In this document: in pieces, positions 19,466 to 28,345 of the stretch
Layout: each line of letters opens with the position of its first letter
Numbering within the stretch: the first letter of the stretch is position 1
Virus record (IMG/VR): IMGVR_UViG_3300020170_000012
Coordinates: 3,783-67,782 of that record
Direction: 5' to 3' (one strand)
Origin: a virus
DNA length: 64,000 nt
Position numbers and translations under genes: made by a program
Notes under the pieces: model-generated
What the model was told of the DNA's origin: nothing
Databases searched by the model: none
The model's input: the letters and a program-made list of their open reading frames with translations, nothing else

Positions 19466-20542
19466 ATGCAAACCGGCCTATCTCTCCGTGATCTCGCCGC
19501 AAAGCTTGAGACGGAGAAGCACCAGAAAAAGGACATGATTGTCAATACCGGCTCGACTGAGCTGGTGGTGTTCAACGGCGACCTGCATCTGGACACCCAG
19601 GACAATGGCGGCGGTCTCTATCCGCTTCGTCCGTTGGCCCACAACCAGCTCGCCGACCATACCGGCGTTCCCCTGAAATACTACAAAAGAATGCACCAGG
19701 ACGCGCCAGACCTTCTCGCCAAGAACGTCAATACATGGCTCCATCGCAATCCTGAACCTCGGATGTTCCGGACCATGGCCGGCAAAGGCCGGGCGTGGCT
19801 TTCGAACCGCTACTTGCGGATTGAGAACGAGCTGATCGCCGAGGTGGCGCTCAATGCCCTGATGGCCAGCGGCATGCGACCGAATCAGGTCGTGTCCTGC
19901 AACGTCACCGAAACCAAGCTCTACATCCAGGCGGTGATGCCGAACCTGGAGGCCCAGGTCAAGGGCTCGCGCCGGGTCGGCGACATCATCCAAGGCGGTG
20001 TCGTCATCACCAACTCGGAAGTCGGCAAGGGCCGGATCGATGTCAGCGAGTTCGACCACGCCCTGGTCTGCCTCAATGGCATGGTTGGACAGTCCCTGTT
20101 CAAGAAAACCCACCTTGGCGGCGCCCTGGATAGCGACGAGGCGCTCTTGCAGGACGACACTAAGCGGACTATGGACGACGCCCTTATCCTGCAAATCCGC
20201 GACATGATCGCCGCGGCAATCGATCCGATCCGGTTCCGCAACCGCCTTGAGCGGATGGAAACCCTCACCCGCAAGGAAATCGAGGGCAATCCGGCCGAAA
20301 GCGTCAAGGTTCTGACCAAGGTTCTTGGTCCTGCCGTCGGCTTGACTGAAAAGGAGGAGGGGTCGATCCTCAATGCCCTGATCCGTGGCGGCGACGTGTC
20401 GGCCTGGGGTCTCCTCAATGCCGTGACGTTCCAGGCCAACGCCGAGACGAACTACGACCGCGCTGTTGAGCTGGAAGCGGCCGGCGGCAAGCTCCTCGCC
20501 CTCCCGGCGCCGGAGTGGTCGAAAATCCTCAAGGCTGAATAG
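19466..20542 (+). CDS. DUF932/DUF945-family phage protein
   Basis: AAGGAG RBS before ATG 19466; RAWLSNRY, GVVITNSEVG.G, LVCLNGMV, WGLLNAVT. Confidence 0.85.
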   Translation: MQTGLSLRDLAAKLETEKHQKKDMIVNTGSTELVVFNGDLHLDTQDNGGGLYPLRPLAHNQLADHTGVPLKYYKRMHQDAPDLLAKNVNTWLHRNPEPRMFRTMAGKGRAWLSNRYLRIENELIAEVALNALMASGMRPNQVVSCNVTETKLYIQAVMPNLEAQVKGSRRVGDIIQGGVVITNSEVGKGRIDVSEFDHALVCLNGMVGQSLFKKTHLGGALDSDEALLQDDTKRTMDDALILQIRDMIAAAIDPIRFRNRLERMETLTRKEIEGNPAESVKVLTKVLGPAVGLTEKEEGSILNALIRGGDVSAWGLLNAVTFQANAETNYDRAVELEAAGGKLLALPAPEWSKILKAE

Positions 20543-20555
20543 GTTCCTCCCCACT

Positions 20556-20585
20556 GGCCGGGCGCAAATGCCCGGCTGTTTTTTT
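20556..20585 (+). terminator. Intrinsic terminator
   Basis: GCCGGGC-GCAAAT-GCCCGGC followed by TG-T7. Confidence 0.85.
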
Positions 20586-20886
20586 AGGAATCCACATGAT
20601 CACCGGAATTGTTCTTTTCGTCATCGGCGCGATTATGTATTTCACCGGCGTATTCCGGTGGAACTTTGGCCTCATGGCCGCCGGTTTCGTCATCGGGATG
20701 AGTGGGTTTGTCGTGTTTGTGTCGAATGCAGTCCAGCTACCATGACCGACGACTATGACCCGGTGGACGATTGCTACAAGTCCGTCGCCGAAGCCCAGCG
20801 TATCATTCGCGCGCGCATGCTGGCCGGCGGACCGGGCTGGACGCCACACAAATATCATCCGCTATGCAACGGATGTTGCAAGCCTC

Positions 20887-20915
20887 TTGACTTTATGTCA
20901 CACAATAACTATATT
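20887..20915 (+). promoter_or_regulatory. Sigma70-like phage promoter with operator in spacer
   Basis: TTGACT-TTATGTCACACAATAAC(17)-TATATT. Confidence 0.8.
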
Positions 20916-21008
20916 AATGGTAGGTCGGCAGCGATACGAGACGGCCTAGGCCGGGCTTCCCCAAGAAGCATTACTGCCGACCGACTAACCTTTGCAGAAG
21001 GCCGCGAC

Positions 21009-21245
21009 ATGAATGACCCATTCCCCTTCGACCTTCCGGTCGATGACGATCCAATTCCCGCATTCCTGCGGTTGACCGCCGAGGAGCGCACCGAGGCTTG
21101 GAAGGGCCGCAAGCTCACCAAGCCAAGCGGCGACACCAAGCAGGACTATTCCGTGCCGCGGTCTCTTGATGCCGCCGGTAGGGCTATCCTAAAAGAGAAA
21201 GACAAGGCCGAGGCTGCCCGGCTGAAAGCCTTGCGGAAGCGGTAG
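21009..21245 (+). CDS. Hypothetical protein
   Basis: ATG downstream of the 20887 promoter; DDPIPAFL motif. Confidence 0.55.
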   Translation: MNDPFPFDLPVDDDPIPAFLRLTAEERTEAWKGRKLTKPSGDTKQDYSVPRSLDAAGRAILKEKDKAEAARLKALRKR

Positions 21246-21254
21246 GAGAACAAG

Positions 21255-21593
21255 ATGGACGATCAGGAATTCAATGAACAAGTCATCAATTCCTACGAAA
21301 TCATGTACATGGTCGAAACGTTTCTGGCCGCGAGTTGCAGCCAGCACCTCACCGCCACCGGAGTCCTGGTTGGCCTCTTGAGGATCGCGGCCCGATGCGC
21401 CAAGGCTGCAGACAACGAAGAAAACCGTGACGCATTCATGTCGCTGGCTGAGGAAATCTCCAGGCGTGAACCGTCCGGACTGTGCGGTTGCACTGATTGC
21501 ATCACAGCACGCGCTGCGGCACGCAACCGCGTCAAGGAGAACTGGGATATGGAAATCCCGACCGAGTTTCCACCAACGGTAGGGAACGCGTGA
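21255..21593 (+). CDS. Hypothetical protein
   Basis: AGGAG RBS; CGCTDC motif. Confidence 0.7.
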   Translation: MDDQEFNEQVINSYEIMYMVETFLAASCSQHLTATGVLVGLLRIAARCAKAADNEENRDAFMSLAEEISRREPSGLCGCTDCITARAAARNRVKENWDMEIPTEFPPTVGNA

Positions 21594-22069
21594 TGAATGC
21601 CCTGTCCGCAATTCTTGTTGGCATTGGTATCGCCATCATCGTCCTGCTTGCATTGTGCGTCAGGAGCCGCGCCGAATGCCTTCACTCTGCCCAGGCTGTT
21701 TGGGATGCCCATGATGGCGCCCACGCCACATGGTCGATGCGCCGCGGCGAGAAGTGCTGGTATGCCCGCGGCCAACGGAACAAGGCCGAGGCCGCGGGGG
21801 AGATCATCCCGTTGCCTCGGCCTGCGAAGCGAGTAGGGCCGATAACCCTAGTGACGGGCTCGGACCTACTCCTTTCGACTCCGCAAGTGATAATCGCGGC
21901 TGAGCACGACCAATTCAGAACTTGGTCGACAGACTCTGCTCTCGATACTGACGTTTCAGCACTTTTGTTTTTGCAGGACCGGATGATTTCTGCCGGCTTG
22001 CGGCTGTGGTTACAGGCGAGCGTCGAAAGAGCCCGGCTCGTGCAAGCCCGGCTTCTACCATCTCCGTGA
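21593..22069 (+). CDS. Hypothetical membrane-anchored protein
   Basis: TGATG coupling; N-terminal hydrophobic helix. Confidence 0.55.
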   Translation: MNALSAILVGIGIAIIVLLALCVRSRAECLHSAQAVWDAHDGAHATWSMRRGEKCWYARGQRNKAEAAGEIIPLPRPAKRVGPITLVTGSDLLLSTPQVIIAAEHDQFRTWSTDSALDTDVSALLFLQDRMISAGLRLWLQASVERARLVQARLLPSP

Positions 22070-22244
22070 CCGCCCTCGGCCGCGACACGATCCGATGGGA
22101 TAGACACCACCGATCGAGGGCTATCAAAACCGTCGGAGGAAACCTCGTCAGAACCCCCGTCGGACGCTTACTATGAGGCGTTCGTGGACGCCCGCGCTTG
22201 GTGCGCGCCTTGACCCCGCGCGCAGAGGGTTTTGCTTTCTTCAT
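21915..22244 (-). CDS. Second RHH-like DNA-binding protein
   Basis: RGRPRT...VLTRFPP...ALDRW...SRPRAVTEMVEAGL; convergent overlap with the previous gene. Confidence 0.55.
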   Translation of the reverse strand: MKKAKPSARGVKARTKRGRPRTPHSKRPTGVLTRFPPTVLIALDRWCLSHRIVSRPRAVTEMVEAGLARAGLFRRSPVTTAASRQKSSGPAKTKVLKRQYREQSLSTKF

Positions 22245-22329
22245 GGCAGGCTGAACCAAGCACAGAAAAAATAAAAGTCAAGCCCGTCTTGCGGTTAAAA
22301 CGATATCATGTCATACAGAAAAGCTTAAC

Positions 22330-22890
22330 ATGAGGGCACATATGTCAATCGTCGCCATGGACATCTCAACCACGAGATTGGTGCTTATTGCCTCCTATAA
22401 AGCCGTGCAGGAGCACGTCGAGTGGCTCAACGACAAGAAGCTCATGAGGTGGTCGGAGCAGAGGTACAATACTCACAATCTTTTCACTCAACAGTATTTC
22501 CTTGACAAGGCTGCTGCCGACGGCAATCCGCTGGTGTGGGACATTCTTAGATATGAAGACTTGGATGGGCGCCCAAATTACATTGGTCGCATCATCGGCA
22601 GCCTGCACGCCTACTGTAACGAGCGCCACAGGAGAGTCGACATGGGCATCATGCTGGGACCGCAGTATCACGGCAACGGCTACGCCGCCGAAGCTTGGGA
22701 CGCCGCCTGCAAGTATCTCGCCGCCAAGCATGGCATGCGCAAGTTCGAGGCTGGCTTCGCCGACGGCAACGTGCCGATCCTGAAAATGCTGACGCGCCTC
22801 GGCTGGGCACCGGAATGCCGGCGGGAAAACCACTTCATCATCGACGGCGAATCCTACGGGCTCGTCCAGTTCGGCAAGGTGTATCGATGA
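22330..22890 (+). CDS. RimJ/RimL-type GNAT acetyltransferase
   Basis: TTRLVL, EWLND, DMGIMLGPQYHGNGYAAEAW, RKFEAG...N...LGW. Confidence 0.85.
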   Translation: MRAHMSIVAMDISTTRLVLIASYKAVQEHVEWLNDKKLMRWSEQRYNTHNLFTQQYFLDKAAADGNPLVWDILRYEDLDGRPNYIGRIIGSLHAYCNERHRRVDMGIMLGPQYHGNGYAAEAWDAACKYLAAKHGMRKFEAGFADGNVPILKMLTRLGWAPECRRENHFIIDGESYGLVQFGKVYR

Positions 22891-23080
22891 AGTCGCCCGG
22901 ACATCCGGACAATGATGAGGGGCCGGGGTGCCTGGGAATAATCATGCTCCTGGTCGTGTTCGTTTTTTTTGGACCACCCCTAGTGTCGGTGGCCATTGAG
23001 TTCTGGATACAGCTCGGATGTATGAAGGGCTGGGGAGAGGCGCATGCGTGCGGAAAGCACATGATTGAGTGGAACCTGCA

Positions 23081-23959
23081 ATGAGATTCATGGTTTTAGG
23101 CGCCGCCGGCCGCATGGGGAGCATGCACGCGCGGCATCTGATGGAGCTGGGACACGAGGTTGTCCAAGTTGATCCTGCATTACCGCCTCTGATGGACAAT
23201 AACGAGAACTGGTGGGTGCTCCCTGCCGACGGTGTCGTCATCGCCACGCCCGCCGAGCTGCATGCCGAGCACCTCATGAAGGCGATCAAGCACGATTTTC
23301 ACGTCTTCATCGAAAAGCCGATCTGCCTGATTCCGCACTTGCCTGATGCTCGGCGCGCGGTGCAGACAGCGATGGAAAAGCGCCTCGTTGTGTCCGTTGG
23401 TTACAATCTGCGCTTCCACCCGCTGGTGGTCATGGAGCGGCAGCGCATCGTCAGCCGGGCAATGTCGCCTTTGTGGGGGAGCTTCGTATTGCGGCAAAAC
23501 ATGACGCGGCACGTCAACTTTCTCGAAGAATGGGCAAGCCACGAAATCGATCTGGCGCTGCATTTGTTTGGCCGCCACTGGCAGGATATCAAGACGTTGA
23601 CCCGTAGCGATCTGCCGGGCGTCGAACAAATTCAAATTATGATTCGCCACCAGGACGGCGAAAACCCCGTCAGCTTTATCCACGTCGACGGCTGGAAGAC
23701 CGAACCGTTTCGGCGCTCCTTCACCATCGTCGACCAGGACGGCGTTTCGCGTCACCACGATATCGAGACGAACCATGTTCATCCAGATCACTACAAGACC
23801 GAACTCAAGGACTGGATAGCAAAAATAGAGGGAAACGATTTCAACTTGCGCCTCGCTACCGGAGCTGATGGGATTGCTGTGATCGATCTTCTCCAACGTG
23901 TGATGGTCAAAAATGGTGTTAGGAAATCCGCGGTTGACAGATCGCCAGCCGGAATATGA
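23081..23959 (+). CDS. Gfo/Idh/MocA oxidoreductase
   Basis: GAAGRMG, VVIATPAELH, VFIEKPI, VGYNLRFHP, SHEIDL. Confidence 0.9.
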   Translation: MRFMVLGAAGRMGSMHARHLMELGHEVVQVDPALPPLMDNNENWWVLPADGVVIATPAELHAEHLMKAIKHDFHVFIEKPICLIPHLPDARRAVQTAMEKRLVVSVGYNLRFHPLVVMERQRIVSRAMSPLWGSFVLRQNMTRHVNFLEEWASHEIDLALHLFGRHWQDIKTLTRSDLPGVEQIQIMIRHQDGENPVSFIHVDGWKTEPFRRSFTIVDQDGVSRHHDIETNHVHPDHYKTELKDWIAKIEGNDFNLRLATGADGIAVIDLLQRVMVKNGVRKSAVDRSPAGI

Positions 23960-24149
23960 GAAGACACTCCCCGGCATGGCGCACTGGGCCGGCACTGGGC
24001 CGCCTGGGACGACCTGCGGCGGCTGCCGGTTTTATAGAGGATGGTGCCAGCAATTCCGTAAGATGCTGCATCATAAAACTCGCGCCCAACTTCAGCTCCC
24101 GCCCGCCACTCCATCCTGTAAATACTTCGAACCAAAGGTGAAGCGATGA
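23913..24149 (+). CDS. Small Cys-rich phage protein
   Basis: HWAGTGP.GTTCGGC...WC...SCKYF; ATGA overlap with the next gene. Confidence 0.6.
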   Translation: MVLGNPRLTDRQPEYEKTLPGMAHWAGTGPPGTTCGGCRFYRGWCQQFRKMLHHKTRAQLQLPPATPSCKYFEPKVKR

Positions 24150-26185
24150 AAACTGGAATCATTATCCAGGCGCGGATGGGCTCAACCCGCTTGCCCGGCA
24201 AAGTTCTGATGAAGCTGCCGAAGGAGAATCCGCAGCGGCGCGCGCTCGATTGGACGATTGAAGCTTGTGGCAAGACGGATTTTCCTGTCTATGTCGCCAC
24301 CTCAACCAATCAAGAGGATAATGAGATTGTCGAGTATCTGGAAGGCAGATACAGCTCCCTCGGTATCTTCCGCGGCTCACCCGACGACGTGCTCGACCGC
24401 CTCTACCAATGCGCCAAGCTCCATCAGCTCGACATCATCGTCCGCGTCACCGGCGACTGTCCGTTCATAGACCCGGAGGTACTTAAGCAGGTAGTTTACC
24501 TGCGCGAGCTTACCGGGTCAGACTACGCTTCCAACGTCGACCCCCCCATGTGGCCGGACGGCCTCGACGTGCAATGCGTCACCTTGCCCGCTCTTGAGCG
24601 GGCTCACTTGTTGGCGACAGACCCGTCCGATCGCGACACCGTCCTGCAATATATCGTTCACCGCCGCAATGAGTTCAGCGTGGCCATCCTGCCGTGCCAG
24701 CTGCCAGGCATGGCCGTTCATCGCTGGGTTCTTGACCATGCGGCGGACTACGACCTTTGTTCGCTGATCGCAACCCGTCTCCTGGTCGCTGGCAAAGGGC
24801 CTGGAGCGAGCTTCGCCGATGTCCTGGCGGTGGCGCCGGAACCGCAGGATAGGTCTTTGCTTGGACGCAATGAGCGTTACAACACCCAGCGGACCGCAGA
24901 GCTAAAGGCGGATAGCTTTGCCATCAGCACCGCTCGGCTGCCGGTGGCATTAGCGAGACAGCCATACGGGGCGTCGACCTACAGCAAGAGCCATGTCGCC
25001 TGGGGGCGTGACGCGCCGCTGTTCCTCACGCACTCGCAGGGCTCGCGTGTGTTCGATGTCGACGGCAACGAGTTCATTGACATGACGGCCGCGCTGGGGA
25101 CGACGATCCTGGGTTACTGCGATCCTTACGTCAGGGAAGCGATCGAGCGGCAGCTCGACCTTGGCATCGCCTTTCCGCTGGCATTTCATGACGAGACCAT
25201 CGTTGCCAACGCGCTGATCCACCGGCTGTTCCCAGACCATCCGTTTGGCGACCACAAGGTCGTTTTCGGCAAGAACGGCTCTGACGTCACCAGCGCCGCG
25301 GTGCGGCTGGCGCGGGTTGCCACCGGGCGCCTGCCGGTGGTCAAGCTGTACGGTGGATATCACGGATGGCACGATTGGACGGTCGCTGACAGCCCGCGCG
25401 GAGATGGCTGCATACCGCTCAACGCCGTCTTCAAGATACGAGACGATTTCACCGACGGGCAGAACGTCATCAAAGCGATCGAGGGCAACCTGATCCTTAA
25501 AACCGCCGCCTGCCTGATCCTGGAACCCGACATGGTGCCGCCGGAGTGCCTGGGCCGCATCATCGATATTTGCCACCGCAGCGGAACCCTGGTGATCTTC
25601 GACGAGATGGTGACGGCGTTCCGATATCCGGGTGCGACCGTAGCTTCCAGCTACAGGCTACACCCCGATCTTCTCTGCTTAGGCAAAGCCTTGGGAAATG
25701 GCATGCCGATCACGGCATTGGTCGGTAGTGCCGAGCTGATGGACAAGTTTGTCACGGGCGCCGAAGGCGCCCCCTACGCCTTCTATTCCGGAACTCACTT
25801 CGGTGAGACGTTGTCGCTTGCGGCTGCCGGCGCCGTTCTTGATCGCATGGGGCCTTATGAGCAGAGACAAATCTGCGGGATGGCCGCATACCTCTCCTCG
25901 CATGTTCATGATCTTTTAAGACATGAAATCGACGACAATCTCGCCTCGTTCAAAGGCGGCTGCATCCCTAAGCTGATGTTCCACGATCCGGATGTCGCCG
26001 CCAAGTTCCGCCGGGAGATGGCCCACAACGGTGTGCTGTTCTACACGGCGTTCCTGCCGACCCTGATGCACACGCAAAAGGAGCTGGAGCACGTGCTCGG
26101 TGCCGTCGAGGATTCCTTGCTGGCAATCAGGAACGGCAAGGCGCGCGGTGAGGCGGTCGGCGGCAGCCGGATCATGCGCTCTTAA
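24146..26185 (+). CDS. SpsF-type cytidylyltransferase fused to a class-III aminotransferase (GSA-aminomutase-like)
   Basis: IIQARMGSTRLPGKVL, RGSPDDVLDR, RVTGDCPFID; then DVDGNEFID, GKNGSD, GYHGWHDW, LVIFDEMVTAFR, GKALGNGMPI. Confidence 0.92.
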   Translation: MKTGIIIQARMGSTRLPGKVLMKLPKENPQRRALDWTIEACGKTDFPVYVATSTNQEDNEIVEYLEGRYSSLGIFRGSPDDVLDRLYQCAKLHQLDIIVRVTGDCPFIDPEVLKQVVYLRELTGSDYASNVDPPMWPDGLDVQCVTLPALERAHLLATDPSDRDTVLQYIVHRRNEFSVAILPCQLPGMAVHRWVLDHAADYDLCSLIATRLLVAGKGPGASFADVLAVAPEPQDRSLLGRNERYNTQRTAELKADSFAISTARLPVALARQPYGASTYSKSHVAWGRDAPLFLTHSQGSRVFDVDGNEFIDMTAALGTTILGYCDPYVREAIERQLDLGIAFPLAFHDETIVANALIHRLFPDHPFGDHKVVFGKNGSDVTSAAVRLARVATGRLPVVKLYGGYHGWHDWTVADSPRGDGCIPLNAVFKIRDDFTDGQNVIKAIEGNLILKTAACLILEPDMVPPECLGRIIDICHRSGTLVIFDEMVTAFRYPGATVASSYRLHPDLLCLGKALGNGMPITALVGSAELMDKFVTGAEGAPYAFYSGTHFGETLSLAAAGAVLDRMGPYEQRQICGMAAYLSSHVHDLLRHEIDDNLASFKGGCIPKLMFHDPDVAAKFRREMAHNGVLFYTAFLPTLMHTQKELEHVLGAVEDSLLAIRNGKARGEAVGGSRIMRS

Positions 26186-26553
26186 ATCTCCTGAATCGGT
26201 CCGGCGTACCGGACAAGGATTTCATAGTCCTTGTCCGGCGTCGGGAAGACGTCAAGAATGAAGCCATTGACCGAGTCAAAAGAAACCGAGATCGCCTTGG
26301 GCGCCCCCTTGGCGGTTTCTTCGTTTACCCACGACGAGACGTGCCGTCTCCGTATAGTTTCAACGTCAACAACCTCAAGCCGTAAACGATACGAATTTGG
26401 ATTCGTTCTCGGATCGCCGTCAGTGAAAGCAACGGCGGACTCGATGAGACTATGCGGCGGAATTTGGTAGTTGGTCGCTTGACCTTTTACGAGCTTCACG
26501 TTTTCTGCTCCTGAATAGCTTGCGGCCTCGGTAACCGAGAACCCGCCGCACAT
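26182..26553 (-). CDS. Hypothetical protein with adaptor-like PTPDKDY motif
   Basis: C-terminal VFPTPDKDYEILVRY resembles the P-x-P-D-x-x-Y motif of tail adaptors; start uncertain. Confidence 0.5.
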   Translation of the reverse strand: MCGGFSVTEAASYSGAENVKLVKGQATNYQIPPHSLIESAVAFTDGDPRTNPNSYRLRLEVVDVETIRRRHVSSWVNEETAKGAPKAISVSFDSVNGFILDVFPTPDKDYEILVRYAGPIQEI

Positions 26554-26665
26554 AGTTTGCCTCGACGCCGCACAGCGTTGCGATCTGGTAGCTCGACAAG
26601 GTCGGATTCAGGTCGAACACCATGACGATGCGAGATGCGATGGAGTTCGGATTCGGCGTTCTCAT
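26450..26665 (-). CDS. Small HTH protein
   Basis: LSSYQIATLCGVEANYVRRVL; ATGA overlap with recT. Confidence 0.6.
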   Translation of the reverse strand: MRTPNPNSIASRIVMVFDLNPTLSSYQIATLCGVEANYVRRVLGYRGRKLFRSRKREARKRSSDQLPNSAA

Positions 26666-28158
26666 GCCGGTTGAACCCTCCTCATCTTGTCAGCCATCGC
26701 CTTGGCGTCTGCCTGGGTGACGTTAAACTGAGTCCTGGTGCCGCCGGTCAGCCCCCACCATTGCCGCAGCGCCTCGACCTTGTCGTCGGTGTCCGCGTAC
26801 TCCCACTTGGTCGTCACCCAGGCGATGTATTCCTCGCGGTTGCTGGGCTGCTGGCTGTCCATCAGCTCCCGCATCGCGGCCATGACGCCCTGCTGGGGAG
26901 CGGCGCCTCCTGTGACCGCCTTAGCGGCCGCCGCCTCCCTAGATTCGTTTCTGGCCCTGTCCGCTTTCTCCAAGTCGGATTGTCGAAGGGCTTCGTCCGC
27001 AGGGCCGTCTGCCTTCGCCCTCCCATACTCGATGATCTCGCCAGTGTCCTTGTAGTAGGTGGTGCCGTCGGGATCGCGAAGGATGATGCGGTCGTTGCCG
27101 TTTGTGTCGCTGCTGGCGCCACTACCACTGGCCGTACCTTCGTGGGCGCCGCCACCAGCAGCGCCAGCGCCCGCAGGCGTATAGGTGATGCCGAAGCCAC
27201 TGGCACCGCCGGCCGGCGCCGGGTTTTGCTGCGCTGCACCTTCGGTCGCCGGTTCCTGACGCCTTCGGCGCCGGGTTGCCGGCTGCTGGACAGGCTCGCC
27301 CCTGGCCATGGCGCCCACGACGGCATCCACGCTGCGAGCGGGCGCGGTGGAGAGGTTTTCCATGGGAGAAGCTGGATTATAGACCAGCTCAGCCATCGGC
27401 TCATCGGTGACCACGGCTCGCGGCGCCCTGGTCTCCGCGCCATCCAGCAGCTCACCACCGCGCTCGATCGTCCGGCGGGCCTTAGATGATAGCGGCAGCG
27501 CCTTGGAGTGGTGGTGGACGACCGTCTTGACCGCCATTTCGGGGTAGAAGACCGGATCGTTCCAGGGACCGCTGTTGCCGGCTTGACTCTTGCTGCGGAC
27601 TTGCTCGATCTCCTCCTTCCACATCCAATCCCAATCTCGGCGCCCGTCGGGGAACTTGGCGATGGAGTAGACAGCGATGATGTCGCTGGCGCTCCGGGGA
27701 CCAGGAAGCGGCCTGTGGAAAATCGGGTTTTCAACGAGGCCCTCCTGGTAGTCGTATTCGTCGCGGGCGTAGACGACCTTGGTGTGAAGGATGATGCCGG
27801 CGGACTCCCACAGCATCTTGCGGACGCCCTCAACCATAGGGAGCCATTGGACGATCCAGATTTCCTCCCAACGGTCGCCGACCTTGACGTTTTTTTTGTA
27901 GGGGACGAGCGCTCCTTCGCGGCCGTCGGGGAGCAGTCCATCCTCGGCGGCCTGCATGATGGCGATCAGAAGCGACTGCCGATCGGCCTTGAGCAGGCTA
28001 GGCTTGTTCTGGATGGCGGTGATCGCCACCCGCGCGAACATCTCCGGCGTGATGCCGGGCGGCAGCACCTTGGAATATTCGCCGGCCCTGGAGTTGAGAT
28101 CGTTGCGCAGGATGACGAGAGGATGTTCTTGCTTAGGCTGTTGGACTTGGGTGTTCAC
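26662..28158 (-). CDS. recT: RecT-family ssDNA annealing protein with long C-terminal extension
   Basis: GLLPDGREGALVPY, VVYARDEY, AVYSIAK, IEQVRSKS...GPW...EMAVKTV...KALPLS; GTG start with GGAG RBS. Confidence 0.9.
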   Translation of the reverse strand: MNTQVQQPKQEHPLVILRNDLNSRAGEYSKVLPPGITPEMFARVAITAIQNKPSLLKADRQSLLIAIMQAAEDGLLPDGREGALVPYKKNVKVGDRWEEIWIVQWLPMVEGVRKMLWESAGIILHTKVVYARDEYDYQEGLVENPIFHRPLPGPRSASDIIAVYSIAKFPDGRRDWDWMWKEEIEQVRSKSQAGNSGPWNDPVFYPEMAVKTVVHHHSKALPLSSKARRTIERGGELLDGAETRAPRAVVTDEPMAELVYNPASPMENLSTAPARSVDAVVGAMARGEPVQQPATRRRRRQEPATEGAAQQNPAPAGGASGFGITYTPAGAGAAGGGAHEGTASGSGASSDTNGNDRIILRDPDGTTYYKDTGEIIEYGRAKADGPADEALRQSDLEKADRARNESREAAAAKAVTGGAAPQQGVMAAMRELMDSQQPSNREEYIAWVTTKWEYADTDDKVEALRQWWGLTGGTRTQFNVTQADAKAMADKMRRVQPA

Positions 28159-28345
28159 TTTGGTTGCTCCGTTGGTAGTGGACGAATCTGTGCCAGCTCT
28201 CGCTCGGCTGCTCGGTTCACGCTCGCATGACAGGGTGGACCGCATTTCGGCCAATGAAACTCTGGGAAAAACCCAGAGGCCAGCCCACCGATGCGGTCTC
28301 TTTTATTACACTGACGCCCTGCCCCGCCTGTGAACTCCGGGCCGG

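Noticed and set aside
19478-20554. 358-aa antisense ORF (similar ones at 44897-46060, 52706-53698, 26862-27941)
   Set aside because: Shadow or alternative frames of well-supported genes, expected with high GC3 codon bias; no motifs.
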